A program made the translations under genes and the position numbers. Of a stretch of DNA of 40,122 nt, positions 9,311 through 20,536 are shown in pieces. The DNA is taken from NCBI GenBank assembly GCA_030408485.1, contig JAUHQH010000068.1:1-40122 (forward strand). The letters are read 5' to 3'. The notes under the pieces are model-generated. The model did no database searches. It was not told the origin of the DNA and saw only the letters and a program-made list of their open reading frames with translations. How positions within the stretch are numbered: position 1 is the first letter of the stretch; each line of letters opens with the position of its first letter. Source of the stretch: Candidatus Neptunichlamydia sp. GTDB lineage: Bacteria > Chlamydiota > Chlamydiia > Chlamydiales > Simkaniaceae.

Positions 9311-10672
9311 ATGGAATTTAATCACCGCAGTTATGAAAAAGGGCAGACGATTGCCGCTATAGCAACTCCTCCTGGAGAGGGTGGGATTGCTGTTGTTCGA
9401 ATTGCGGGCGACCGCGCTTTTGAGGTCGCAGATCGGATCTTTTCAGGGCCGATTCAAAAATATGAATCACATACCATTCACTTTGGCAAAATCATCGACC
9501 CACAAGGGAATACGATTGATGAGGGACTTGCCGTTGTTATGAAAAATCCCCGTTCTTATACAGGTGAAGATACGGTTGAAATTCATTGCCATGGAGGTGT
9601 AATCATCACCCGAAAAGTTTTAGATGCAGCCTTGAAAGCAGGTGCCCGTGCAGCACTTCCTGGAGGATTCACCTTTAAAGCCTTTCAAAATGGAAAAATT
9701 GATTTGACAAAGGCTGAAGCGGTACAACAAGTGATTGCGTCAAAAAGTGAAATGGCCTGGCAGGCAGCTGAAAACCATTTAGAAGGGAAGCTTCATCAAA
9801 AAATTTCAGAGTTTCAAAAGGGACTCACAGAAATCGCAGCCATTCTTGAAGCCTGTGTTGATTTCCCTGAAGAGGGACTCGAATTTGAAACTAAAGAAGA
9901 ACTCTTAGCAGATCTTTCAGATTTACAAAATAAAATGTGCGCTTTACATCATACTTTTTATGATGGAAGTACCTTAAAATCAGATTGTTCTCTTTGCCTT
10001 ATTGGAGCGCCTAACGTGGGAAAATCTTCGTTGATGAATGCGCTGACAGGAAAAGAGCGCGCCATTGTAACCCATATCCCAGGAACAACCCGGGATATTT
10101 TAGAAGAAGAGGTTCAAATTGCTGGGCTGAATTTCCGCCTAATCGATACAGCTGGCATCCGTCAAACCGATGAAATTGTTGAAAAAGAAGGGATTCGTCG
10201 CTCAGAAAAAGCAGCAAAAGAAGCCGACCTTGTTTTAATCATTTATGATATCACCAACCCTATATGTCTCGAGCTCAATCTCCCAGAAAAAAAGACTATT
10301 GGGATTTGGAATAAAATCGATTTAGATCATCAGGAAAAAGAAAAACTTCCTTATTCTCATGTCGTTGAAGTTTCTGCAAAAGAGGGAAGGGGAATGGATA
10401 CGCTTAAAAAAGAAATTCATAAAGTGATCTGGAAAGAAGGACCTCCTTCAAAAGAAGAGGTTCTTTTAACAAGTGAGCGTCATCATCAAGCTTTAGGCAA
10501 TGCAATCGCTGCTTTAAAAACCCTTTCAGAAGGGGTTCAAGCAGATATTTCTCCAGAGTTTCTTATTTCAGATATTCGCTTGGCATTAAAAGAGTTAGGA
10601 ACGATAATCGGAATGAATATTACCGAAGAGGTCTTAAGTGCCATCTTCTCAAAATTCTGTGTTGGGAAATGA
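9311..10672 (+). CDS. mnmE: tRNA modification GTPase MnmE (TrmE)
   Basis: TIAAIATPPGEGGI, SYTGED, GAPNVGKSS, GTTRD, DTAG, NKID, C-terminal FCVGK. Confidence 0.98.
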   Translation: MEFNHRSYEKGQTIAAIATPPGEGGIAVVRIAGDRAFEVADRIFSGPIQKYESHTIHFGKIIDPQGNTIDEGLAVVMKNPRSYTGEDTVEIHCHGGVIITRKVLDAALKAGARAALPGGFTFKAFQNGKIDLTKAEAVQQVIASKSEMAWQAAENHLEGKLHQKISEFQKGLTEIAAILEACVDFPEEGLEFETKEELLADLSDLQNKMCALHHTFYDGSTLKSDCSLCLIGAPNVGKSSLMNALTGKERAIVTHIPGTTRDILEEEVQIAGLNFRLIDTAGIRQTDEIVEKEGIRRSEKAAKEADLVLIIYDITNPICLELNLPEKKTIGIWNKIDLDHQEKEKLPYSHVVEVSAKEGRGMDTLKKEIHKVIWKEGPPSKEEVLLTSERHHQALGNAIAALKTLSEGVQADISPEFLISDIRLALKELGTIIGMNITEEVLSAIFSKFCVGK

Positions 10673-11289
10673 GTAACGTTACTAAAATTCGAAGAATCCT
10701 AAACAAATTTTTTCCAAACCCTCCCATTCCCCTTAAATATTCCAGTCATTACACCTTACTTATTGCAGTCCTTCTTTCAGCGCAATGCACCGATAAAAAA
10801 GTCAATGAAGTGACACCGAAACTTTTTGCAAAAGCAAAGACGCCAGAGCAAATGGCAAAACTTTCTGTCGCTCAAATCGAATCAATCATTCGCCCTTGTG
10901 GTCTTGCGCCTACAAAAGCAAAAGCGATAAAAAAGCTCTCAGAGATCCTTGTTGAAGATTATGGGAGGAAAATACCTCGCACAATTGAAGAACTTGAAAA
11001 ACTTCCAGGGGTTGGCCATAAAACCGCCTCTGTTTTTGCCGTTCAAGTTCTAAAAATTCCCGCTTTTCCTATCGATACACACATTCATCGGTGCGCAAAA
11101 AGATGGAGACTTAGCAGTGGAAAAAATGTAAAACAAACAGAAAGAGATCTCATGAAAGTTTTCCCCAAATCCTCATGGGGAAAACTTCATCTTCAAATCA
11201 TCTATTACGCCCGCAAATATTGTCCCGCAAAAGGACACAAGTTAGAAGAGTGTCCGATTTGCAAAGCTATTAAGGAGGAGAGGCAATAG
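10669..11289 (+). CDS. nth: Endonuclease III
   Basis: LLSAQCTDKKVN, HhH LPGVGHKTA, DTHIHR, C-terminal Cys cluster. Confidence 0.95.
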   Translation: MSNVTKIRRILNKFFPNPPIPLKYSSHYTLLIAVLLSAQCTDKKVNEVTPKLFAKAKTPEQMAKLSVAQIESIIRPCGLAPTKAKAIKKLSEILVEDYGRKIPRTIEELEKLPGVGHKTASVFAVQVLKIPAFPIDTHIHRCAKRWRLSSGKNVKQTERDLMKVFPKSSWGKLHLQIIYYARKYCPAKGHKLEECPICKAIKEERQ

Positions 11290-12202
11290 CCTTTCCTAAA
11301 GAAGTTCCCATTTTCGCATAAGTTTCGATATACCCTGCAGAAGCATCGATTAAGTCTTGATCAAATTGAATAGTGTCTGGTTGAAAAAGGAGGATAATGC
11401 AAGACCCTCCAAATTCAAAGTATCCCTTTTCTTCCCCTTTTTCATGAGTTTTGTTTGTAATGAAGGTTTGCTTAATTGATCCAACACAGATGGCCCCTAC
11501 TTCAATATAAAGCAGTTGCCCAAAGAGTCCTGTCTCAAGAGAGGTTAAAACCCGTTTGTTTTCACTAAGAATGGCAATATGCTTTTTAAGCGCTAGCGGG
11601 TTTACAGAAAAGAGAGGACCATTAATAAGCTTTGCTTTTCCCGGAATGGAGGTACAGGGAAAATGAAACCGATGATAATCGGTGGGGCAAAGACGAGAAA
11701 TGACCATCGCTCCCCTTTTATAAAGTTCGAAAAGAAACTCATCATTTAAAAGACGACAGAGGTCAAACTTACTATCTTTAATATAAAACCCTTCTATTTG
11801 AGAAATATCGGGAAAAACGAAATGTCTTCCATCTGCTGGGAAAACTGCAATATTTTCGCCAGAAACAATCGGTCGTGCTTCTGGTTTTAATTTACGGATG
11901 AAGAAATCGTTAAACGAATAAAAACTTTCAACAGGGTCAGCAAATTCAGCAACATTGATGTGAAAGTCCCGAATAAAAGGGATAATTTTTGTCCTACTTT
12001 TCTTACTCTTTTGGTTTTTTCCGTAAAAAAAAGAAAAGGATGGAGCATGTGCAATTAAAGGAACAACGAAAAAGGAAAAGAGCTTTGATAAGAGGCTATT
12101 GCCATAGAGGATCTCAATAAAAAACTTACCATAAATCTTTTCTTTTTTTAGCTGCTTTGTACTTCGATCTCTATAGATAATTTCTCCCATATCGCAAATC
12201 AT
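11270..12202 (-). CDS. psd: Phosphatidylserine decarboxylase proenzyme
   Basis: SFNDFFIRKLK, RLCPTDYHRFHFP, VGSI, FGGS cleavage motif; start may be ATG 12190. Confidence 0.95.
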   Translation of the reverse strand: MICDMGEIIYRDRSTKQLKKEKIYGKFFIEILYGNSLLSKLFSFFVVPLIAHAPSFSFFYGKNQKSKKSRTKIIPFIRDFHINVAEFADPVESFYSFNDFFIRKLKPEARPIVSGENIAVFPADGRHFVFPDISQIEGFYIKDSKFDLCRLLNDEFLFELYKRGAMVISRLCPTDYHRFHFPCTSIPGKAKLINGPLFSVNPLALKKHIAILSENKRVLTSLETGLFGQLLYIEVGAICVGSIKQTFITNKTHEKGEEKGYFEFGGSCIILLFQPDTIQFDQDLIDASAGYIETYAKMGTSLGKAIASPP

Positions 12203-12256
12203 AGCATGTAAAATCAGTTTTAAGCTATACTTCTATTAAAGAATGTACAGGTCACT

Positions 12257-15166
12257 ATGTTTGGATTGATAAAGAAAATTTTTGGAACGGCACAAAGTCG
12301 TCAAGTCAAGCGCTATCAGAAAATTGTTAAAAAAATCAATCTTATCGAAGAAGGCTATCAAAGCCTAACTGACGATGAAGTTAAAGGAAAAGTTCTCGAG
12401 TTTAAAGAACGACTTAAAAATGAAGAGATTGTTGACACTCTCCTTCCTGAAGCTTACGCTCTTGTCAAAAACACATGCCGACGCCTTTGTGGAACCCGCA
12501 TTCATGTCTCTGGATACGATCAAGAATGGGACATGGTCCCCTATGATGTCCAGCTGATTGGCGCGATTGCCATGCATTATGGCTCTATCGCTGAAATGAT
12601 GACCGGAGAAGGGAAAACCCTTACTGCGTCGATGCCTCTTTTCTTGCATGCTCTAACGGAACAGCCTGTTCATCTCGTCACAGTCAATGATTATCTTGCT
12701 AACCGCGACTCGGAATGGATTGGGGAAATTTTCCGATGGTTAGGATTCACTGTTAAAGCTCTGACTAACAGCATTCATCCTCATGAACGTAAAGAGATTT
12801 ACAAAGCCGACATCGTCTATGGAACCGCTTCAGAATTTGGTTTTGATTATCTCCGCGATAATTCGACGGCACATGCCATTGAAGAACAATGCCAACGAGG
12901 CTATTACTTTGCGATCATCGATGAAGTGGATTCTATTTTGATTGATGAAGCACGGACTCCTCTTATTATTTCAGGTCCTGCAACTCAATCAAGACAAATG
13001 TATGATGAGCTCAAAGACTCTGTCTCGCGCGTTGTAAGATTGCAGAGAGATCACTGTAATAAATTAGCTTCCGATGCACGCAAAACTTTAGAAAAATTGG
13101 GTCGTATTTCTGAAGATGTAGAAAAAAGAAAACTTTCTAAAGAAGAAACAAAAGAAGAAGAAGAAGCTTTCCGCAACCTTTGGCTTGTTGGAAAAGGAAC
13201 GCCTCAAAATAAACTTCTTAAACGAATCAAAGAACACCCAGACCTTCGTGCAGAGCTTGAAAAGTGGGAAACCTATTTCCATGCAGAACCGAATAAAGAT
13301 GAGCGCCACGAAACGCTTGCAGAGCTTTACATTATTATTGATGAACGCGCCAATGAATTTGAATTAACCGATAAAGGAATTGCTTCCTGGACCGAAGGAA
13401 ATCAAGAAGCAGAAGACGATTTTCTCATGCTCGACTTGGGTGGTGAATATGCCAAGATTGATGAAAATCCCTCTCTTGCTGAAAAAGAAAAGATGGAAAA
13501 GAAGATTGCCCTCCGTGAAGAAGACAGTCGACGCAAAGAGCGCTCTCACAATTTGAGACAACTTTTCCGCGCGCACCTTCTAATGGAAAAAGATATACAT
13601 TACATCGTTCAAGACCGCAAGATTGTCATCATTGATGAAAACACAGGACGCCCTCAACCTGGACGTCGTTTTTCCGATGGTCTCCATCAATCGATTGAAG
13701 CAAAAGAATCAGTTCCGATTCAAGAAGAAACGCAAACCTACGCTACGATCACGCTGCAAAACTATTTCCGGATGTATGACAAGCTTGCAGGGATGACCGG
13801 TACAGCAATGACCGAAGCAAATGAACTCAAGGAAATCTATAAAATCGAAGTTCTTGAAATCCCAACGCATAAAAAGTGCCTCCGCAAAGATGCTGATGAT
13901 GAGATCTATATGTCCGAGCGAGAAAAGTATAATGCTCTTATCAAAGATATCATTGAAATTCATGAGCAAGGCCGCCCTATTTTAATTGGAACGGAGTCGG
14001 TTGAAGTCTCTGAAAAACTTGCACGGATTTTAAAACAAAATAAACTGAAAGCAACCATCCTTAACGCAAAAAACCATGCTAAAGAAGCAGAGATTATCGC
14101 TTTAGCAGGCCAGTTAGGATCTATTACTGTTGCAACCAATATGGCAGGACGGGGAACCGATATTAAACTAGGAGAAGGTATTGCTGAGACAGGTGGGCTT
14201 CATGTGATTGGAACCACACGTCACCAATCTCGACGGATCGATCGACAACTTCGTGGACGTTGTGCGCGCCAAGGAGATCCTGGAACTTCAAAGTTCTATG
14301 TCTCTTTTGAAGATCGACTCATGCGCCTCTTCACTTCACCAAAACTAACGGCATTCCTTCAACGTTTCCGCCCTCCTGAAGGAGAGCCGATTTCAGCGAA
14401 AGTTCTTAACCGATCGATTGAAACAGCACAAAAACGTGTCGAACAACGGAACTATTCGATCCGAAAGCATACCCTTCAGTATGACGATGTGATGAATAAA
14501 CAAAGACAAGAAGTCTATACTTTCCGTAATGGAATCCTTAAAGAAAAAGAGTCGATCAAGCTTGCAGAAGATGTTCTCGAAGAAATCTCAGGATACCTTG
14601 CTGCTCCTTTCTTTACTTCAAAAGCCGTTGAAGATGGTTGGAATTCTCATGAATTTGCAGAAGCTCTGATGACTCACTTCCCTATCACTGTTGATAAAAA
14701 TGCTTTTGATGACGATTACCTCTCTATTGAAGAGATCGAAAAGAAAGGGGCACAACTGATTATCGATGCTCTAAAAGCAAAGCTCGATCATGAAGCGCAA
14801 ACCATTGCCTCTATTCAAGAAAATGCAGGAAAAGAAATCGACCCCTTCCCTGTTTTACACCAAGTGGTTCGAAGTATTCTCTTAAAAAACATCGATAAAC
14901 TCTGGCAAGAACACCTTTTATCCATTGACCACCTCCGCATAGAGGTCAATATGCGTGTTGTGGGACAAAAAGACCCTCTCTTAGAGTTCAAACATGAAGC
15001 CTTTGCTCTTTTTGATACGTTTAGTAGCGATTTAAAACTTGCAATTGCTCACGATCTCTTTAAGTTCCAAACGATGCCTCCTCTTGATCAGCAAAACCTC
15101 CTTCATAACTTACAACAAAAGCACCCGTCGGGATTGTTTCTACCGAATAGATCCATCCAAGGATAA
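12257..15166 (+). CDS. secA: Preprotein translocase ATPase SecA
   Basis: MMTGEGKT, DEVDSILIDEARTPLIISG, ATNMAGRGTDI, SRRIDRQLRGR. Confidence 0.99.
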   Translation: MFGLIKKIFGTAQSRQVKRYQKIVKKINLIEEGYQSLTDDEVKGKVLEFKERLKNEEIVDTLLPEAYALVKNTCRRLCGTRIHVSGYDQEWDMVPYDVQLIGAIAMHYGSIAEMMTGEGKTLTASMPLFLHALTEQPVHLVTVNDYLANRDSEWIGEIFRWLGFTVKALTNSIHPHERKEIYKADIVYGTASEFGFDYLRDNSTAHAIEEQCQRGYYFAIIDEVDSILIDEARTPLIISGPATQSRQMYDELKDSVSRVVRLQRDHCNKLASDARKTLEKLGRISEDVEKRKLSKEETKEEEEAFRNLWLVGKGTPQNKLLKRIKEHPDLRAELEKWETYFHAEPNKDERHETLAELYIIIDERANEFELTDKGIASWTEGNQEAEDDFLMLDLGGEYAKIDENPSLAEKEKMEKKIALREEDSRRKERSHNLRQLFRAHLLMEKDIHYIVQDRKIVIIDENTGRPQPGRRFSDGLHQSIEAKESVPIQEETQTYATITLQNYFRMYDKLAGMTGTAMTEANELKEIYKIEVLEIPTHKKCLRKDADDEIYMSEREKYNALIKDIIEIHEQGRPILIGTESVEVSEKLARILKQNKLKATILNAKNHAKEAEIIALAGQLGSITVATNMAGRGTDIKLGEGIAETGGLHVIGTTRHQSRRIDRQLRGRCARQGDPGTSKFYVSFEDRLMRLFTSPKLTAFLQRFRPPEGEPISAKVLNRSIETAQKRVEQRNYSIRKHTLQYDDVMNKQRQEVYTFRNGILKEKESIKLAEDVLEEISGYLAAPFFTSKAVEDGWNSHEFAEALMTHFPITVDKNAFDDDYLSIEEIEKKGAQLIIDALKAKLDHEAQTIASIQENAGKEIDPFPVLHQVVRSILLKNIDKLWQEHLLSIDHLRIEVNMRVVGQKDPLLEFKHEAFALFDTFSSDLKLAIAHDLFKFQTMPPLDQQNLLHNLQQKHPSGLFLPNRSIQG

Positions 15167-15188
15167 AAAGTTGTTATACTATTTATCA

Positions 15189-15257
15189 AAACTAAACAAC
15201 GCCTCGCCTACAATTCGAAGGGTTCATTGAGGGTCGATTTGAAATCGGCTGTCATAC
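15189..15257 (-). mobile_element. IS200-family right-end remnant (last tnpA codons plus end)
   Basis: Near-identical to 33951-34016 and, inverted, to 38180-38246; encodes ..DSRFQIDPQ*. Confidence 0.75.
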
Positions 15258-15607
15258 TGAATCATCGAAAGGATTATCAATATAATAAGTTTGTTATTAA
15301 TTAACAGTTTAAAGATATCAATAAGAAATTGACAGTATTTTGAAACCTTGCTAAGAGATAGTATGGCAACATTGCATGCTTGGGCTATCGCACGATCCAA
15401 GTATCTCAAGACTAGATCTTTTTGAGATTGTATCAAGTAAGACAAAAACATCTATAATACCCTTAATTATAGATCCCCTGAAAACGCTCTTTCTTATTTG
15501 ATCTTGTGGAAACCTAACCACTATTATTCTCACTCGAGGAGCTCTTATACTAGCCACTAAAGCTTTAAAAGGAAGAGTTCGATTCTATTCCAACCCTTTC
15601 AGAACAA

Positions 15608-16453
15608 ATGACCGGAGCTATTGGAGTCTACCGTCTTCCTATTCCCCTTCTTGTAGGAATGACCATCTATTTGAGTAGAAGAGAAAACCTAGAAGCTTTA
15701 ATGAAAAGCCTTCGATCTTTAATCGATATCGATCGAGAAGGAGGGTCGAGATTATCTAACTTGTTGCTGGATTTTGATGAATTAGTCGCTAAGGTAGAAA
15801 AAGAAATCCAGGAAGGCTTGGACGGCATTAACGTCTCTGTCCGTTATATTGTTTTTGCCAATGGACTCAGAGTGATTCGCATCATCTCAAGAGAAATTAG
15901 TGACTTTGAGGATCATTTAATGAATCTATCGACTAAAATGCCTGCTTTTGAAAGAAAGTTAGAAACGGCTAGAAAAATCCTTGTGGATTCCAAAAGTCAT
16001 TTAATCAGGAAAATGCGAGAAATAGAATCAGAGTCTGATCGTATTGATCAAATGCTCCAAGAACTACAAAAAGAACATGCCTCCTATTAGGAAGGAAAGT
16101 TCAAAACTCTTTTGGATCAAGAAAACCTAATCGAGTAGAAACAAACCCTCAACGAAAAACTCGCTCACCTCAAAGAGCTCTACAATACCATTGATCTAAT
16201 TACCTCAAGAATCTGCATCAAATACACTCCTCTAACTATCCTTGAAGATGTTTTTTTGATTGTTTGCGACATGCCCAGTATTCAAGATATACAAAATTGT
16301 ATAACAACAGGAACGGGAGCCGGCCTCGTTATCAATGGGTTCGTGACTGTTGGAAGTCTTTTTACACGGAACCTTCCATTAGCCTATATGAGCACTTTTT
16401 CTTTTGCGGGCAATTGGCTGGGTCACTCTTCTGCAAGAGATGGTCTCCGCTGA
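15608..16453 (+). pseudogene. Coiled-coil/hydrophobic (Inc-like) reading frame interrupted by two TAG stops
   Basis: ORF 15608-16090 continues in frame past TAG 16088 and TAG 16136 with heptad-like sequence into ORF 16256-16453; could instead be two adjacent small genes. Confidence 0.45.
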
Positions 16454-16754
16454 TATTCTTCTATTCTCCACTGTTTCTGATAGATCTCATAGATTTTTTC
16501 AGCATCAATTCTCAAATCATTAGTAAGCGAGATATAATTCTCCTATAGACCCATTTTCTTTTTGAAAACCTTCTTTGTTAGACCTGCAGGAAATGAAAGG
16601 TTTTTTTAAGTTAAGTTAAGTAGGCTCTCCTTTTTTCACCATCTTCCAACTCTAATGTCTTTAAATTTTGATACTTTTTTTTCTTTTTCCTTGACTTCAT
16701 ACTATTGATTCCTTCAAAGTCTAACTCTTTCAATAAAAATTACTTTATTTTGAC

Positions 16755-19700
16755 ATGGAAAAGCTCCACCCCTACCGCAACCATCTTAAGCAAACTCTTC
16801 AGGAAAGCAAACTCTTTACATCAGGCACCCAAAAAAGAGATGATCGCTTCGATAAGTTATACAAACAATTCTTCTGCGAAATCAGAGTGCCAGAAGCGCT
16901 CATAAAAAATACCTCGCAATCCCTTGCTAATCATAGCCCAACGCAGCAGCTTGTCGAATCTTTAAAGAAGATAATCGAAAAAGAATATGGCCTGCAGGAG
17001 CAGTTTCTTGAGGAATTAAAGAATAACAATAAAAAGTTTTCGTCGTTAGAACTTGAAGAGAGCGATAGCCATTACCGCAATTACTACCTCTTCTGTAGGC
17101 TATTTCCTAAATGTTTCGATACAATGAAAAGCATTTTTCAAGATCTTTTGGCGCTAGAGTTTTTAAAGAATCCAAACCGAAAATATTCTTTATCTACACT
17201 CTGTGCATCAACAGACGGTGAAGAAGAAATCGAAGCAATCAAAAAAAGGGTTTGGGAAGAGACAAAGCTTGCCATTGAAGGTCAAAAAAAACATGACAAA
17301 GCATTATCCGAGAGAAACTGGAAACAACTCAAGACAGACCTTTACCAAACAGTCTCTTCTGTTGGCTTGTCCTTGGCATCGAAAAACCCCCAATATGCGA
17401 TTAACCAAGTTGCTAGAACTGGAACGAACCTCATTGGAAGAGCTCTTGATCCAGAAGGAAAATCTAAGGGAGTAACATTTCTTCTCAAGCTCCTATCAAA
17501 TACCGCTACATCCTACGCAATGAAAGGGAATGGAAAAGCCCTTATAAAATCATTAGCTGTTGATCTCATTGATCTTTCCACAAGAAGCAAGTAATACCAG
17601 TAAAGAAAAGGGATTGCTCCTTGACTTTGGATCAGCGCTTTTGAAGGGTGGACTTTCCCTGGATAAAAACCGGATAACAGAAAATATCTTGGGCCTTGTT
17701 GCCTCCAAAACAGCAGAAATGCTTCCCGAGGGAGATAAAAGCGAGCTCTATCGCGCATTTAGGGCAACAGCAACGAATCCCGATCTGCACGGCTATGCCA
17801 TCAAAAAAGGGATGGACTACGCTTTTAAGAAGTCGTTGCCTGAAGTTGCAGAGCTTTCGCAAGAAAAGGTCGAACAGCCAGTAGAAAAACTTACTGAAAA
17901 AATCGCTGCGATAAAAGCTCAGATCAGCAAGCAAGATGAAGTCATCAGTATTGGACAAGAGCATCTGAATAATCTGCATAATCTGCGGAAAGACTGGCGG
18001 GTTTATATAGATGAGACTGGAAGAAAGCTTGTGTCGATGGAAAAAGAGAGGGAGGCCGAACAAGCTCTCGAGAAGGCTAAGAATGAGAGATCAAGCCTTG
18101 AACAAACACTACAGGACTACCAAAAACTCCTTCCAGCTGTTGAAATGCGGGATAAGGCTCGTTATTTGGACTTAGTTAGAGAAGAAAAGCAACTTAAGAG
18201 TGATCTCCATATTGCAGAAGAAAAGAGCGTCAAAAAATATCAATCTTTCAAAAATGCTCGGAAGAAAAAAGAGGACTATGAGGAGTCAAGCAATCCCTTT
18301 AAAGCAATTGCATATGAGGCGGGTTGGACTAATGTAAAAAAAGATTGTAACAAAAAGAAAGCCTCTTCAGAGAAAGCTGATAAGGAAGTTGCTCAACTAA
18401 AAGGAAAGATTACAGCTAACAAAAGAGCTCAACAAGAAGCCTCAGCACCGAAAGAACTACCACCTATGAATACTCTCTCTTTTGTTGTGGATCAAAGAAG
18501 CACCAATAAAAAGAATCACCATCTTTCTTATGTTGATGATTATGGTGTGAAGCAAAGCCTTGGTAAATACAAGACAAAAGAAGCCGCCGAATATGTTAGC
18601 GGACAGTTTACCAAGCTAATCATAGATAAAAAAAGTCATGAATACCAGTGCTACGATGCTGAGCAGAAGTTAATAGCGCAAGGTGTTCCAAAAGAAAAGA
18701 TTCCTTCCAGACCATACTTTAATATGCCCACAACGGTTGGCAATAACGCGTCTAAAAACGGTGATGTTATCTCTCAGTCTATTAGGGAACATAACACTAT
18801 CAAAGATCAGTACATGGGAGAAACAGAAAGAATCGCTCAAGACTATGCTATAGAGCCTCTGAAGGCACAAGGGCTGACTAATGAAGAAAAATACCATCTT
18901 AAGGAGAAAATAACGCCTCATATCAAAAATGATCCTAAAAAGCACAGCATCTTTTTCAAGGTATACCGTGGTACCAAAAGATTGGTTGATAAAGGTGAAA
19001 GATTTTTAGGGCGTATTGGCTTCTCTGGAGAGATCAATGTGGGCTCTATCGATATCCCAGCAAAAACAGGGAACCCATCTAGTCGATCAACTTATGGAGA
19101 AAGTCGCCATCAGATCACTGTTGAGAGGAGTAAGCTCCAGTCAATGGAGACAGTCCGACCGGAGCAAAGAGGCAACTGGAATGATGTTGAAAGGTTCCAA
19201 AATCAGCGAATGTTTCAAGAAAATATGACGTTTAGATCAACTAACCCAACTCCACAAAAACATACTGCTCAACATGAGCAAATGTTCGAAAGGAATATGG
19301 CTTATCAGCCTCCAGTAGATAACAGCAAAACCTTGAACTACCAACAGTCCTGGGGTCAGAGACTCAGTCGCAATGTTCAGATGCCACCGAGTGAATGGAG
19401 TAGTCTTGGGAGGAATAATCCAAGCCAAAAAAGTAGGCAAATCCAAACGGCCGGGCTTGCTCCAAACGAAATTATTAAAGCTACCCCAGATCAAATCAAA
19501 AGTGGTATAGACAACTGGGTCAAAAACTACGCTCAAGAGATAAAAGACAATCCCATCAAATCTAAAAAAGATATGGGGGTTTGTCTAATCCTTGGGGCTA
19601 AAAAGATCATTGTTGTTGCTATTCAAGCATTTGAGCAGCCTAGTTTAAAGACCAGACCTAACTCCTTTGGGTTAATGGAAGTCTCCGACAGGTGCGATCG

Positions 19701-20536
19701 CTTTGTGGCACAGAAATTAGATGTCGCACTCGACTCTTCACATGCAAAACTTGGAATGCTGATCGGGGAAGTTGCTATGCCAATCCCTTTTATGGGGGTA
19801 CTCCAGCCTTGCATGAAAGTTGGGAAAGAAGCTTTTGCCTTCATGAGACAAGCTAATAAGTTTGTGAGACCTCAGCCGTTAATCGATCAGGCACTTGTCA
19901 GGTCTAAGGGATTTGGGCAGCAGGTGAGAGCTATTAAAACTTTTCAACAACCAGCTTTGAGGAGTGGGTTTGCGAGTAAGGGGACTGCGGGAAGACTTAC
20001 TGAAAGACAGATCACAAGAATCAAACCAATGGAGGTACCTGACCTACAGAAAGGTGCGGATTTGGATTGGTTTGCTAAAAACAGTCCAAGAATTAATCAG
20101 CTTAGGAACTTATATGCGCCTAAACATTTTTATAGAGAGTTGAGTAAAGAATTTCGAAAACTAGAAATGAATGAACTGAATATCAGAAGAACTCTTAAGC
20201 ATGCAGCATTTAAAACTTACCTAACTCCTAAGGGAATTCCAATAAAATGCAGTATTGGGCTTTCTAAATTAAGTGGCGGTATGATCTATAGAAAAATGGG
20301 GACAACAGAAAAACAAAATATTATAGTTCGGGTGATGCCTGGTAAAAGAGAAAAGAACCTTGTTACTGCATTTTTAAAAGGAGAAAGACCTAAATGGAGC
20401 TTAAGGCAGGGAAACTCCTTATGTGGTTCAAATGAAAGGAGAAAAATACCTTACAATTGATGGGAAATGGGTTAAAAACTCTGGTGCTACCACACATATT
20501 CCATTAGAAATTTATCAATTCACAGGATGGGAATAA
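16755..20536 (+). pseudogene. Large candidate polymorphic toxin (~1260 codons) split by two +1 frameshifts
   Basis: ORFs 16755-17594 and 17560-20460 overlap in adjacent frames; a shift at GGG 20409-20411 gives ETPYVVQMKGEKYLTIDGKWVKNSGATTHIPLEIYQFTGWE* ending at 20536. Confidence 0.65.

Noticed and set aside
15224-15451. 75-aa minus-strand ORF
   Set aside because: Only the last codons (DSRFQIDPQ) derive from IS200 tnpA; the rest looks like chance open frame.
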